64,000 nt of DNA from Actinomycetota bacterium (GTDB lineage: Bacteria > Actinomycetota > UBA4738 > HRBIN12): NCBI GenBank assembly GCA_039933515.1, contig JBDTNY010000127.1, positions 7,160 to 71,159 of the forward strand. The letters are read 5' to 3'. Shown piece by piece: positions 18,314 through 27,196 of the stretch (position 1 is the first letter of the stretch; each line of letters opens with the position of its first letter). Made by a program: the position numbers and the translations under genes. The notes beneath the pieces are model-generated. The model saw nothing but the letters and a program-made list of their open reading frames with translations, did not search any database and was not told the origin of the DNA.

Positions 18314-19573
18314 ATGGCGGTTCCGCACCGCGCAACGAGATTGGTCCCGCGCCCTGCGCGGCGCCTCTACCGCTCCTGGCGTGCCGAGAAGCGCACCCTG
18401 CGCCAGGGCTTGGTCGCGCTCACCCTCAGCACGGCCGCATCGTTCGTCGCCGGGCTGATCCTCGCCTCGATCACTCACACGCTGTCGGCGCTCCCCGGCT
18501 TGCTGGTGCTGATCCCCGCGGCCGTGGGCATGCGCGGCACGATCTTCGGAGCGATCGGCGCGCGCCTCGGCACGGCGTCGGCCGCCGGTACGTTCGAGAC
18601 GAACCTGAAGCGCGGCGGCGTGCTCGCGCAGAACGTCGAGGTGGCCTTCGTCACGACCTTCACCTCGTCCCTGTGGCTCGCGGCGCTCGCGAAGCTGGCG
18701 ACGTCGGCGTTCGGCGAGTCGTCGATCTCCTTCTGGGACCTCGTGACGATCTCCGTCGTGGGCGGATTCCTGGGATCGGTGTTGATCCTGCTCGTCACGC
18801 TCCTGCTGTCGGTGGTCTCGTACCGGCGGGGGTACGACCTGGACTCGGTCGCCACCCCGATGGTGACCGCGCTCGGCGACATGGGCACGCTCCCGTTGCT
18901 GTTCCTCGCCACGTTCTTGATCCGCAACGACGTCGCGAACGCGGTCCTTTCGGGGCTCTGCGTCCTCGCCACCGTCGTCGTCGTGGTCCGGGTGATGCTC
19001 GGTGATCAGCCCGGCGTCCGACGGATCGTCCTCGAGATGACGGCCGTCATCGCGATCACGCCGCTGCTCGACATCGCGGCGGGTTCCCTGCTGCAGGCCA
19101 AAGAGCCGGTGCTCGCGCGTCTTCCGGCCCTCTACATCTTGATCCCGCCGTTCGTGTCGCAGGCGGGCGCCTTGGGCGGGATCCTTTCCTCGCGACTGTC
19201 GTCCAAACTCCAGCTCGGTGTCATCACGCCCCGGGGTCTCCCCGAGCGCCCGGCCGTCATCGACGCATCGATCGTCGTGATCTTGGGGCTGGCGATCTTC
19301 ACGCTGATCGCGGTGGCCGGCGCCGGGCTGGCCGCGTTGGTCGGCCTGGACGGTCCGGGAGCCCTGCGAACGATCGAGGGCACGGTGCTCGCCGGCGTGA
19401 TCGTGCTGCCGCTGATCCTGGTCGTGGGGTACTACCTCGCCGTGTCCACCTCGAGGTTCGGACTGGACCCTGACAACCACGCCGTGCCCATCATCACGAG
19501 CGTCCTCGACCTCGCCGGGGTCGTCGCCCTCCTGCTCGCTATGTCACTATCGGGAGTAGCCCTCCATGGATGA
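18314..19573 (+). CDS. MgtE-family divalent-cation transporter-like membrane protein (tandem TM domains, no cytosolic N/CBS domains)
   Basis: Two repeats of MgtE TM-domain motifs (PGLLVLIPAAVGMRGTIFGAIGARLGT; DNHAVPIITSVLDLAGVV). About 10 TM helices. Confidence 0.55.
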   Translation: MAVPHRATRLVPRPARRLYRSWRAEKRTLRQGLVALTLSTAASFVAGLILASITHTLSALPGLLVLIPAAVGMRGTIFGAIGARLGTASAAGTFETNLKRGGVLAQNVEVAFVTTFTSSLWLAALAKLATSAFGESSISFWDLVTISVVGGFLGSVLILLVTLLLSVVSYRRGYDLDSVATPMVTALGDMGTLPLLFLATFLIRNDVANAVLSGLCVLATVVVVVRVMLGDQPGVRRIVLEMTAVIAITPLLDIAAGSLLQAKEPVLARLPALYILIPPFVSQAGALGGILSSRLSSKLQLGVITPRGLPERPAVIDASIVVILGLAIFTLIAVAGAGLAALVGLDGPGALRTIEGTVLAGVIVLPLILVVGYYLAVSTSRFGLDPDNHAVPIITSVLDLAGVVALLLAMSLSGVALHG

Positions 19574-20756
19574 TCAACCCAAGAACGTCAAAGAGCTCCT
19601 CGTCGAGCTGAAGGACGCCTCCGAGCTCATGGTGGACCTCGCCTACGCGGCGGTGTTCTTCAACGAGGACAAGCTCGCGCGCGAGGTCGACCGACTCGAG
19701 GCGCGGATGAACGACGACCTGCGCCGACTGCGCATCATGGCGATGCTCGCGGCCCGCAGCCCCGAGGACGCCGAGGGCATGGCGGGGGTCCTGTGGATCG
19801 CCGGCGCGATCGAGGAGATCGGCGATGCCGCCTCCGACATCGCCCGCGTGGTGGCCGCGCGGCTCGGCATCCCCGACGACCTGCGGCGCGATCTCCGCCA
19901 CGCCGACGAGATGACCGCGCGGGTGCGCGTCCGCGACGATGCCCCCGCCAGCGGGCAGACCCTCCGCGACCTGTCGCTCCCGACCGAAAGCGGGATGTGG
20001 GTCATGGCGATCCGCAGCGGCCTGGACTGGGAGTTCGACCCAGGCCCCGACGACGTGGTGAGCATCGGCGACGTGCTGCTCGTCCGTGGTCCCGAGGAGG
20101 GCGTGAACGAGCTCCGGAAGCTCGCGGGCGCGCCCCCCTTGCCTCTGGCCCCCGACGACGACGGGCCCGCCTTGTCCGAGCTCGACCGCGCGGTCGACAT
20201 CTTGATCGAGCTGAAGGACCTCTCGGAGGCCGCCGTGGGGCTCGCCTATGCCTCGCTACTGTTCAACAACCGCGCGCTTGCCGCCGAGGTGGGTGCCCTC
20301 GAGTCCCGGAGCGACCAGCTCCACGACGAGCTCGAGTCCTGGGTCCTTCGCGCGGCCCCCGAGGCGCGCGAGCCGGATGACCTCCGCGGGCTGCTTCGCC
20401 TCGCGGCGGCGAGCGAGTACATGTGTGACGCGGCTCGCGATATGACCTGGTACGTCGAGAAAGGGGAGCCGCTCCACCCGGTCGTGCAGATGGCGCTCGA
20501 AGAGACCGAGGAGACGAGCGCTGAGACCGTGGTGCAGCCGGGATCGGCCGCGGCGGGACGCTCGCTGAAGGACCTGCGGCTCGAGACCGAGACCGGCATG
20601 TTCGTACTGGCGGTGCAGCGCGGCGCACGCTGGATCTACCGGCCGCGCAGCGCGTTCACGCTCCAGGAGGGCGACCGCCTGATCTCGGTAGGCCCCGAGG
20701 ACGGCGAGGCTGAGCTCTGGGCGCTCACGGGGGTGCCGGTCGACGTCGAGAGCTGA
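19566..20756 (+). CDS. PhoU-like / TrkA-C domain repeat protein (putative transporter-associated regulatory subunit)
   Basis: Two repeats of a PhoU-like helical segment followed by a TrkA-C-like segment (SGQTLRDLSLPTESGMWVMAIRSG..; AAGRSLKDLRLETETGMFVLAVQRG..). Overlaps the MgtE-like gene end by 8 nt. Confidence 0.6.
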   Translation: MDDQPKNVKELLVELKDASELMVDLAYAAVFFNEDKLAREVDRLEARMNDDLRRLRIMAMLAARSPEDAEGMAGVLWIAGAIEEIGDAASDIARVVAARLGIPDDLRRDLRHADEMTARVRVRDDAPASGQTLRDLSLPTESGMWVMAIRSGLDWEFDPGPDDVVSIGDVLLVRGPEEGVNELRKLAGAPPLPLAPDDDGPALSELDRAVDILIELKDLSEAAVGLAYASLLFNNRALAAEVGALESRSDQLHDELESWVLRAAPEAREPDDLRGLLRLAAASEYMCDAARDMTWYVEKGEPLHPVVQMALEETEETSAETVVQPGSAAAGRSLKDLRLETETGMFVLAVQRGARWIYRPRSAFTLQEGDRLISVGPEDGEAELWALTGVPVDVES

Positions 20757-20842
20757 GCCGGAGCGGCCGGGTCGCCCCGGCCCATGCGGCGGTTCGGCGT
20801 TGGTCCTTGTACCGGCTCGGGTGCTGACCTAGCCTGCGGCCC

Positions 20843-21394
20843 ATGGAAGCCTACGTCTATCTGCGCGTGCGACCCGGCGCCATGCACGAGGTCCTCACCG
20901 GGCTCGCCTCCACGCAAGGCGTGCGACGTGCCATCGCCGTGGTGGGCGATTGGGACGTGCTCGCGCTCGTGGACGGGACCGACTTCGCCGCGGTCGCGAC
21001 GCAGGTGCTCTCGGACTTCCAGCAGCTTCCCGGGGTCGAGCGCACGATGACCGCGCCGGTGGTCCCGCCCGATCGAGTGGGGATCGCGGGCTGGGGAGCG
21101 CCGAGCGCGCCCGCGATCATCGGCGACGCCTGCTACGTCCACATCAAGGCCGAGGCCGGCGCTGCCGCGGGACTGGCCGAACGCCTCGGCGACATGCCCG
21201 ACGTGAGCGGCGTCGCCGTGCTCGGCGGTCGGTACGACCTGGTGGCGTGCGTCGCGCAGCCCTGGGAGGTCGCGAGCGGCGTGATCCTGGAGCAGATCCA
21301 CGCGCTGCCCGGCATCCGCGACACGCACACCCTGGTCTCGATCATCTACGAGGAGCCGGGCGACGACCGCGACCAGTTCTCGACCTGGTCCTAG
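20843..21394 (+). CDS. Lrp/AsnC ligand-binding (RAM) domain protein, two tandem RAM domains, no HTH
   Basis: Two AsnC_trans_reg-like halves (VYLRVRPGAMHEVLTGLASTQGVRRAIAVVGDWDVLALV; CYVHIKAEAGAAAGLAERLGDMPDVSGVAVLGGRYDLVACV). No DNA-binding domain. Confidence 0.5.
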   Translation: MEAYVYLRVRPGAMHEVLTGLASTQGVRRAIAVVGDWDVLALVDGTDFAAVATQVLSDFQQLPGVERTMTAPVVPPDRVGIAGWGAPSAPAIIGDACYVHIKAEAGAAAGLAERLGDMPDVSGVAVLGGRYDLVACVAQPWEVASGVILEQIHALPGIRDTHTLVSIIYEEPGDDRDQFSTWS

Positions 21395-21406
21395 CGGGCG
21401 CGGCGC

Positions 21407-22351
21407 TCAGCGCTGAGCGAGCGGTATCTGCCGTACCCCCGCGGGCAGGGAGAACTTCACGCGTTCCTCGGTCAGCGTGACCTCTTCGACGCCGTCGAAC
21501 CCGCGCGCCGCCAGCCAGGCGAGCATCCGGTGGACGAGCCAGTCCGGCGCCGACGCGCCGCTCGTGAGCCCGACTGTCGTCGCGCCTTCGAGCCATGCCG
21601 GGTCGACCCGCCCCTCGTCGTCGACCAGGTACGCGGGCGTGCCCAGCTCCCGGGAGAGCTCGGCCAGCCGGTTCGAGTTCGAGGAGTTCTGCGATCCGAT
21701 CACGAGGACGACGTCGGAGGGCGGGGCGATCACCTTGACGGCGTCCTGCCGGTTCTGCGTCGCATAGCAGATGTCGTCGCGCGGGGGCCCCTGGATCGCG
21801 GGGAACCGCCCCTGGAGGATCCGGACGATCTCGTTCGTCTCATCCACGGAAAGCGTCGTCTGCGTGAGGTACGAGAGGTTCTCGGGATCGGGCACCTGGA
21901 CCGTGCGCGCTTCGTCGGCCGACTGCACGAGGATCGTGCGCTCGGGCGCCTGACCGCTCGTTCCCTCGACCTCCTCATGGCCAGCGTGGCCGATCAGCAC
22001 GATCGTGCGGCCCTCCACGGCGAACCGCCGCGCCTCGACGTGCACCTTCGTCACGAGCGGGCACGTGGCGTCGATCACCTCGAGTCGACGCTCGTTCGCG
22101 TGCTCGTACACCGACGGGGCGACGCCGTGGGCGCTGAGGACCACGACCGCTCCCTCAGGCACCTCGGTCTCCTCCTCGACGAAGATCGCCCCCTTGGATT
22201 CGAGGTCTTGCACCACGTGCAGGTTGTGCACGATCTGCTTGCGCACGTAGACGGGAGACCCGTGTTTGGCCAGTGCACGCTCGACGGCGTCCACGGCGCG
22301 TTCGACGCCGGCGCAATACCCGCGAGGTGCGGCAAGCAGGACCCGTCCCAT
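21407..22351 (-). CDS. ispH: 4-hydroxy-3-methylbut-2-enyl diphosphate reductase
   Basis: 314 aa IspH/LytB ([47 protein letters not shown]). Confidence 0.9.
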   Translation of the reverse strand: MGRVLLAAPRGYCAGVERAVDAVERALAKHGSPVYVRKQIVHNLHVVQDLESKGAIFVEEETEVPEGAVVVLSAHGVAPSVYEHANERRLEVIDATCPLVTKVHVEARRFAVEGRTIVLIGHAGHEEVEGTSGQAPERTILVQSADEARTVQVPDPENLSYLTQTTLSVDETNEIVRILQGRFPAIQGPPRDDICYATQNRQDAVKVIAPPSDVVLVIGSQNSSNSNRLAELSRELGTPAYLVDDEGRVDPAWLEGATTVGLTSGASAPDWLVHRMLAWLAARGFDGVEEVTLTEERVKFSLPAGVRQIPLAQR

Positions 22352-22742
22352 GCCCCCATCCTAGCCGCGAGGATCGGACCGACCGGCTCCGCGGGCGCGG
22401 CCGCATGATGTCACCACAAGTGACCCCGGGTCATAGCTCGGTTGTCGGAACCTCCACCTCGGCCTTAGGGTTGTGGCGTTCACCCCGGGCCGTTCCGGTC
22501 CGAATCCCTTCCCCGCACGTACGTGCGTCCCACCTTCCCATGGTGGTCGTCGCGCGCCTTCGCGCGGGTGGAGCAGGGACCCGGACAGCGGGGTGGACAG
22601 TAGGTCACACAGATGACACCCGACACCAGGAGGTGATGCGAAACACCCGCGACCTACCGCGCGGACGTTCGGAGTCAGGCGAGCCGTTCTCGCCGAACCG
22701 GGCCGTCGCGAGCTCGGCTGCCAGCCGGCGCTCACCGCGGGG

Positions 22743-23198
22743 GTGAACAGACCGATGACTCGACTCAACCCAACGCGCCACAACCTCCCTGTGGCGCTGC
22801 TCCTCACCGCGCTCCTGCTCATCGTCCCCGCCGCGCCGGCCACCGCGGCCTCGCAGGACACCCGGTACAGCTGGGTGCCACCGAAGATCTGCCCGATCGA
22901 TTGGCGAGCAAGCACCTGGCACGTCAAGAAGCTGATCCGATGCACGGCCGACCACTGGGATGTTCCCGGTGGGGCCGACAAGGCGCTCTACATCGCGCAT
23001 CGAGAGTCCCGCTTCGATCCCGAGGCGTACAACTCTTCCTCGGGCGCGAAGGGCATCTATCAGCACCTCAACCGCTACTGGCCCGGCCGTGCCTACACGT
23101 ATGGGTTCAAGGGCTATTCCGCCTACAACGCGCGCGCGAACATCATCGTGACGATGCGGATGGTGAAGCGCTACGGCTGGTCGCCCTGGGGCGCCTAG
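22743..23198 (+). CDS. secreted transglycosylase-like (lysozyme-like, Rpf/SLT-type) domain protein
   Basis: Signal peptide (LLLTALLLIVPAAPATAAS) and a lysozyme-like segment (LYIAHRESRFDPEAYNSSSGAKGIYQHLNRYW) resembling the transglycosylase-like domain. Confidence 0.45.
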   Translation: MNRPMTRLNPTRHNLPVALLLTALLLIVPAAPATAASQDTRYSWVPPKICPIDWRASTWHVKKLIRCTADHWDVPGGADKALYIAHRESRFDPEAYNSSSGAKGIYQHLNRYWPGRAYTYGFKGYSAYNARANIIVTMRMVKRYGWSPWGA

Positions 23199-23211
23199 CT
23201 CCCCGATCGTC

Positions 23212-23541
23212 CTAACCGACCGGACCTCCCGGGCGGGGGCTGCCCAGCACGAGCCCCCGGACCTCCTCCAGGGAGGCCGCCACGACTGTGGCTCCGGGCG
23301 CGTCCCGGTCGGTGACGATGCGCATCCCCGGGAACCGATCGGCGCAGAGCGCGACCAGCCGCTCGCAGGGCCCGAACGCCACGACGATGTGGGGGCGCGC
23401 TGTGTCGATCCGCCCGAGGGCGTCGGTCTCGTTCGTCGCCCCGGGCGCGAGCTCCCACTCCGCCCCGACTGTCGCCCGCTCGAGCTCGGCGAGCGACGCC
23501 GGATCGACCGCGACGCAGAGGACGGTCAGGGCCCGACACAT
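23212..23541 (-). CDS. hypothetical protein (109 aa) translationally coupled to corA
   Basis: High GC3. ATG at 23541 lies 2 nt after the corA stop. The track ORF 23212..23712 is an upstream extension that overlaps corA. Confidence 0.4.
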   Translation of the reverse strand: MCRALTVLCVAVDPASLAELERATVGAEWELAPGATNETDALGRIDTARPHIVVAFGPCERLVALCADRFPGMRIVTDRDAPGATVVAASLEEVRGLVLGSPRPGGPVG

Positions 23542-23543
23542 CG

Positions 23544-24515
23544 TCAGAGCCAGTCCCGGTTCTTGAACACGAGGTAGAGCGTGAGCGAGGACCCCGCCAT
23601 CAGCGCGAGCGCGAACGGATAGCCGAAGCCCCATCCCAGCTCGGGCATATGGTCGAAGTTCATGCCGTAGATGCCGGCGATGAGCGTGGGAACCAGCACG
23701 ATCCCCGCCCATCCGGTGAGCTTCTTCATCACCTCGTTCAGCCGGTTGGCCGCCTGCGCCACCCTGACCTCGAGGAGCGACGTCAGCATGTCACGGACGT
23801 TGTCGGCCAGCTCAGCGACCCGCAACGCGTGGTCCATCACGTCGCGGAAGTACGGCGCGAGCGCCGGCGAGGCCAGTGAGGGCTGCTCCTGGATAAGGTC
23901 GATGCCCTGACGCAGCGGCATCGCGAACCGCCGCAGTCGCACCACCTCACGCTTCAGGCGGAACAGCCGCTGCTGGATGCCGGGATCGTCGCCCTGGCCG
24001 TCGTGCTCGGCGAATACGAGGTCCTCGGCGTCGTCGACGAGGTCCTCGAGCCGTTCGATCGCGGTGAGATAGCCGTCGACTACCTCGTCGATCAGCAGGT
24101 AGACGGCGAACCCCGCCGATTGGAGTTCGGGCTGACGTTCCCAACGCCGCATGACCTCGTCATAGACGATCGACGGATCTGCGCGGAGCGTCACGAGGTA
24201 CCCCTCTCCCGCGAGCAGGTGCAGCTCCGAATCCGCGGCGCCGCCGGCGGCGTCGACCTCGAGAGGATGCAGCACGATGAACGTGTAGTGCTGGAAGAGC
24301 TCGATCTTGGTGCGCTGACGCCCCTTGACCATGTCCTCGACCGTCAACGGGTGGAACCCGAACTCCTCGGCGAGGGTCGGCAGATCCCGATCGTCGGGCT
24401 CCGCGACGTCGAGCCATAGGAACGCCCCGGGCTGGGCCGCGAGCTCCGCCGCGTGGGCGATGTCCACGGGTTCGTTGGAGCGGACGCCGTCCCGGTAGAG
24501 CGTGGCCGAGATCAT
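23544..24515 (-). CDS. corA: magnesium/cobalt transporter CorA
   Basis: 323 aa. C-terminal two TM helices with the YGMNFD (GMN) motif. Confidence 0.85.
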   Translation of the reverse strand: MISATLYRDGVRSNEPVDIAHAAELAAQPGAFLWLDVAEPDDRDLPTLAEEFGFHPLTVEDMVKGRQRTKIELFQHYTFIVLHPLEVDAAGGAADSELHLLAGEGYLVTLRADPSIVYDEVMRRWERQPELQSAGFAVYLLIDEVVDGYLTAIERLEDLVDDAEDLVFAEHDGQGDDPGIQQRLFRLKREVVRLRRFAMPLRQGIDLIQEQPSLASPALAPYFRDVMDHALRVAELADNVRDMLTSLLEVRVAQAANRLNEVMKKLTGWAGIVLVPTLIAGIYGMNFDHMPELGWGFGYPFALALMAGSSLTLYLVFKNRDWL

Positions 24516-24554
24516 CCGCAGAGCCTAGCCGACGCGCATCCCTAGACTGTCTCG

Positions 24555-25340
24555 ATGCCGGTGCCCGATCACGTGATCCGATTCTGGCGCGACCTCGACG
24601 CCTGCTTCGGGAACGTCGAGCCCACCTGGTGGGGCGCGGTCGTCACCGACGAACGGTTCCCGGCGATCTGGGATGCGAACTACGCCCGGATCGACGTCGC
24701 GAGCGACGACCTGAGCGCCTCGGATATCGAGCACAAGCTCGTACCGGCCCTCGCCACGGTGGGGACCCAGGTGATGCACGTCGTGAGCTTCGATCCCGAG
24801 GCGACCGGCCCGCTCCTCGCTGAGCTCTCGACACGGGGCCACCTCCTCACGTTCGACCTGGTGATGGATCTCGAGGGGCCTCCGGAGCTCGTCGCCACCG
24901 ACGCCTCGATCGAGGAGCTGCCTCCGAGCACGGCGCTCTGGGACCGAGTGTCGGAGTCGATGACGCTCTTCGGGGTGGCGGACGAGGCCGCGATCGGCCA
25001 GCTCGGCGAGATCGAGCGTGACGTGATGGCGCCGAGCGGCAAGCGGTGGTTCGGGGTGCGCGATAACGCGGGGGCGATCGTCTCGCTAGGCGCGATGATC
25101 GTGCGGGATGGGGTGGGCTACCTCGACAACGTCGCGACGTTCCCCGAGGCTCGAGGCCGTGGACTCGCCTCCGCGATCGCGACACGGTTGGCGTACGAAG
25201 CCGGGATCGCGGGTGCGCGGCATGTCTTCCTGCTCGCCGACCCGGAGGCCGGCCACGCGGCTCGCATGTACGAACGGCTTGGGTTCCGGGGCGTGGGTCG
25301 CTTGGCAGCGACGCGGGGGGCGCTTCCCGCCGCGCCGTGA
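24555..25340 (+). CDS. GNAT-family N-acetyltransferase (C-terminal GNAT fold, unknown N-terminal domain)
   Basis: C-terminal acetyl-CoA-binding motif VATFPEARGRGLASAIATRLAYEA..MYERLGF. Confidence 0.55.
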   Translation: MPVPDHVIRFWRDLDACFGNVEPTWWGAVVTDERFPAIWDANYARIDVASDDLSASDIEHKLVPALATVGTQVMHVVSFDPEATGPLLAELSTRGHLLTFDLVMDLEGPPELVATDASIEELPPSTALWDRVSESMTLFGVADEAAIGQLGEIERDVMAPSGKRWFGVRDNAGAIVSLGAMIVRDGVGYLDNVATFPEARGRGLASAIATRLAYEAGIAGARHVFLLADPEAGHAARMYERLGFRGVGRLAATRGALPAAP

Positions 25341-25380
25341 GGAACGGCGCACGCCCGAGCACCGCTCCCTAGGCCCGACC

Positions 25381-26295
25381 TCATCCAGGGGGAGCTTCGT
25401 ACCGCATCCGGACCACCTCGCCGTCGGCGCTCCGCTCGAGCACCCAGGTCGACGCCTTCTTCCAGCCCACCTCCGCCACGATCTTCGCGCCGTCTGCCTC
25501 GAGCCGGTCCACGAGGGCCGGGATCACGTCACCGTGGCTGCATAGCACCGTCGGCATCCCGGCCATCTGTTCCAGCAGGTCGAGCGCCTCGGCGAGCGGC
25601 GCTCCCTCGGCGAGCGCCTCGTGCGTCTCGAGCTCGACGCGTCGCTCGAGCGCGAGCGGACGCACGGTCTGTACGCACCGGACGTGCGGACTCGTGATGA
25701 TCCGCTCGACGACGCGGTCGCGGAGCGCCTCAACGATCGCATCGGCCTGACGGCGGCCCTTCTTCGTGAGCGGGCGGAGCCGGTCGTCCTCGGTCCATCC
25801 GGCGCGGTCCCCCGCCTTCGCGTGCCGCACGAGGTAGGCGGGTTGACCCGGCGGGAGCATCCGGCGGAGGGTTCCGACGAGCGCGCGATCGTGATGATAG
25901 GTGAGCAGGGCTTCGACCTCGCCGAAGGTGGACCATCGGAGTTCGTCGACCTCGTCACCCGGCTCGAAGGTCCCGTCGTGGGGGTGCATCACCCAGTATC
26001 GGACGATCTTCGGGCGGCCCTGATGGTCGACGTAGCGGACGGTGGGCAGCTCGGCGTCGATCGATGCGCGGATGCCGGTCTCTTCTTCGACCTCGCGCAG
26101 GGCGGTGGCCTCGTCGGTCTCGCCTTCATCGGCCTTGCCCTTGGGGAACGACCAGTCGTCGTAGCGCGGGCGGTGGACGACCGCGAGCCGGACGAGGCTG
26201 GCCTCGTTGCGCCGGATCAGCAGCCCCCCGGCCGCCCGCACGAGACCGACGCTCAACGCCAGAACCTCAGCTTGCGGCGCTCGAGCCTCGCCCAT
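25381..26295 (-). CDS. Nudix hydrolase fused to histidine phosphatase (MutT1-like)
   Basis: Nudix box (HRPRYDDWSFPKGKADEGETDEATALREVEEETG) followed by a histidine-phosphatase domain (YLVRHAKAGDRAGWTEDDRLRPLT, LCSHGD). Same architecture as mycobacterial MutT1. Start ATG at 26295. The upstream part of track ORF 25381..26790 is antisense of the CHAD gene. Confidence 0.75.
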   Translation of the reverse strand: MGEARAPQAEVLALSVGLVRAAGGLLIRRNEASLVRLAVVHRPRYDDWSFPKGKADEGETDEATALREVEEETGIRASIDAELPTVRYVDHQGRPKIVRYWVMHPHDGTFEPGDEVDELRWSTFGEVEALLTYHHDRALVGTLRRMLPPGQPAYLVRHAKAGDRAGWTEDDRLRPLTKKGRRQADAIVEALRDRVVERIITSPHVRCVQTVRPLALERRVELETHEALAEGAPLAEALDLLEQMAGMPTVLCSHGDVIPALVDRLEADGAKIVAEVGWKKASTWVLERSADGEVVRMRYEAPPG

Positions 26296-27167
26296 GTCTC
26301 GCGCCAGTCGTCGCGGCGCTCCCGGGCGATCGCCTGCTCGGTGGCGGCGAGCTCGCCTGCCACGAACGCGGTGCCGACCCCCGCGCGAGCGGCTGCTTCT
26401 CGCAGCCATGCCGACGCCATCACCGCGTCGTGATGCCGGCCGAGCACCGTTTGGAGCTCGGCGGCCGCTCGGGCGAATCGCCTCGCGGGCTTGCCGAACA
26501 CCGGCACCAGGGCCTCCGCTGCGTAACGCGCGCGCTTGGCCCGGATGCGGATCGCGTGCAGGTCGGCGTCCGAGGGATCGCCTCCCGGATCGTGGTGCGC
26601 CTGCTCGAGGTGCGCCCATGGCCGGTCCATCAGGGTGCCCAGCGTCCGGGCGTCGCGCGCCGCCACCTCGGGGGCCACCGCCGGGTTCAGCGACGCCGAC
26701 ACGAGATCGTCGAGCATCGACCGGTAGCGACGGGACCGCATCGCGGCGAGGAGCTCGTCCTGGATGTCGCCCCGCTCGCGCCGAAGCCACCCGACCAGCC
26801 GCTCCGCCTCCGGCTCGTCGCGCGGCGGCAGCGTCGCGGCGGCCGCGATCATCACGTCGAGCAGGACGTCGGCGTCGCGCGCCAGCCCCAGCTCGAGGGC
26901 GTATCGAGCGAGCTCGGCGCGCAGACCGCGCGCCCAGCCGACATCCAGCACCGGCGCGAAGAACCGGAGATCGGACCGGAGCCGGCGGGTCGCCACGCGA
27001 GCCTGATGTACGCCCTCGGGGTCATCGGCGAGCCGTACGATGGGGTCGCTGGCCAGTATCGTCGCGACCGATACACGGAGCGACGCGCCCACGAGGCCAC
27101 GGATCGATAGGTCGCCGTCCGCGCCGGGCGGCGCCATCGCGGCGAACAGGAGCCCGTCGGGCGCCAC
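26253..27167 (-). CDS. CHAD-domain protein (polyphosphate-associated)
   Basis: CHAD motifs (VHQARVATRRLRSDLRFFAPVLD, IRAKRARYAAEAL). Track start 27284 would overlap the ppk 3' end by 88 nt. Start trimmed to GTG 27167 (or ATG 27137). Confidence 0.65.
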   Translation of the reverse strand: MAPDGLLFAAMAPPGADGDLSIRGLVGASLRVSVATILASDPIVRLADDPEGVHQARVATRRLRSDLRFFAPVLDVGWARGLRAELARYALELGLARDADVLLDVMIAAAATLPPRDEPEAERLVGWLRRERGDIQDELLAAMRSRRYRSMLDDLVSASLNPAVAPEVAARDARTLGTLMDRPWAHLEQAHHDPGGDPSDADLHAIRIRAKRARYAAEALVPVFGKPARRFARAAAELQTVLGRHHDAVMASAWLREAAARAGVGTAFVAGELAATEQAIARERRDDWRETWARLERRKLRFWR

Positions 27168-27196
27168 GTGCGACGGCTCGGTCTCGCGCTCGGTGC

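Noticed and set aside
18215-19480. 421-aa minus-strand ORF
   Set aside because: Antisense to the MgtE-like membrane gene. Its translation is extremely Arg/Asp/Glu/Gln-rich.
22497-22507. tRNA T-loop-like GGTCCGAATCC in the ispH-downstream leader
   Set aside because: No flanking acceptor or anticodon stems could be built and the T-stem does not pair, so it is not a tRNA.
22560-22742. Explicit call of a ydaO (c-di-AMP) riboswitch
   Set aside because: Only loose matches to core motifs were found by eye. It is kept as a finding about a structured leader rather than as an annotated ncRNA feature.
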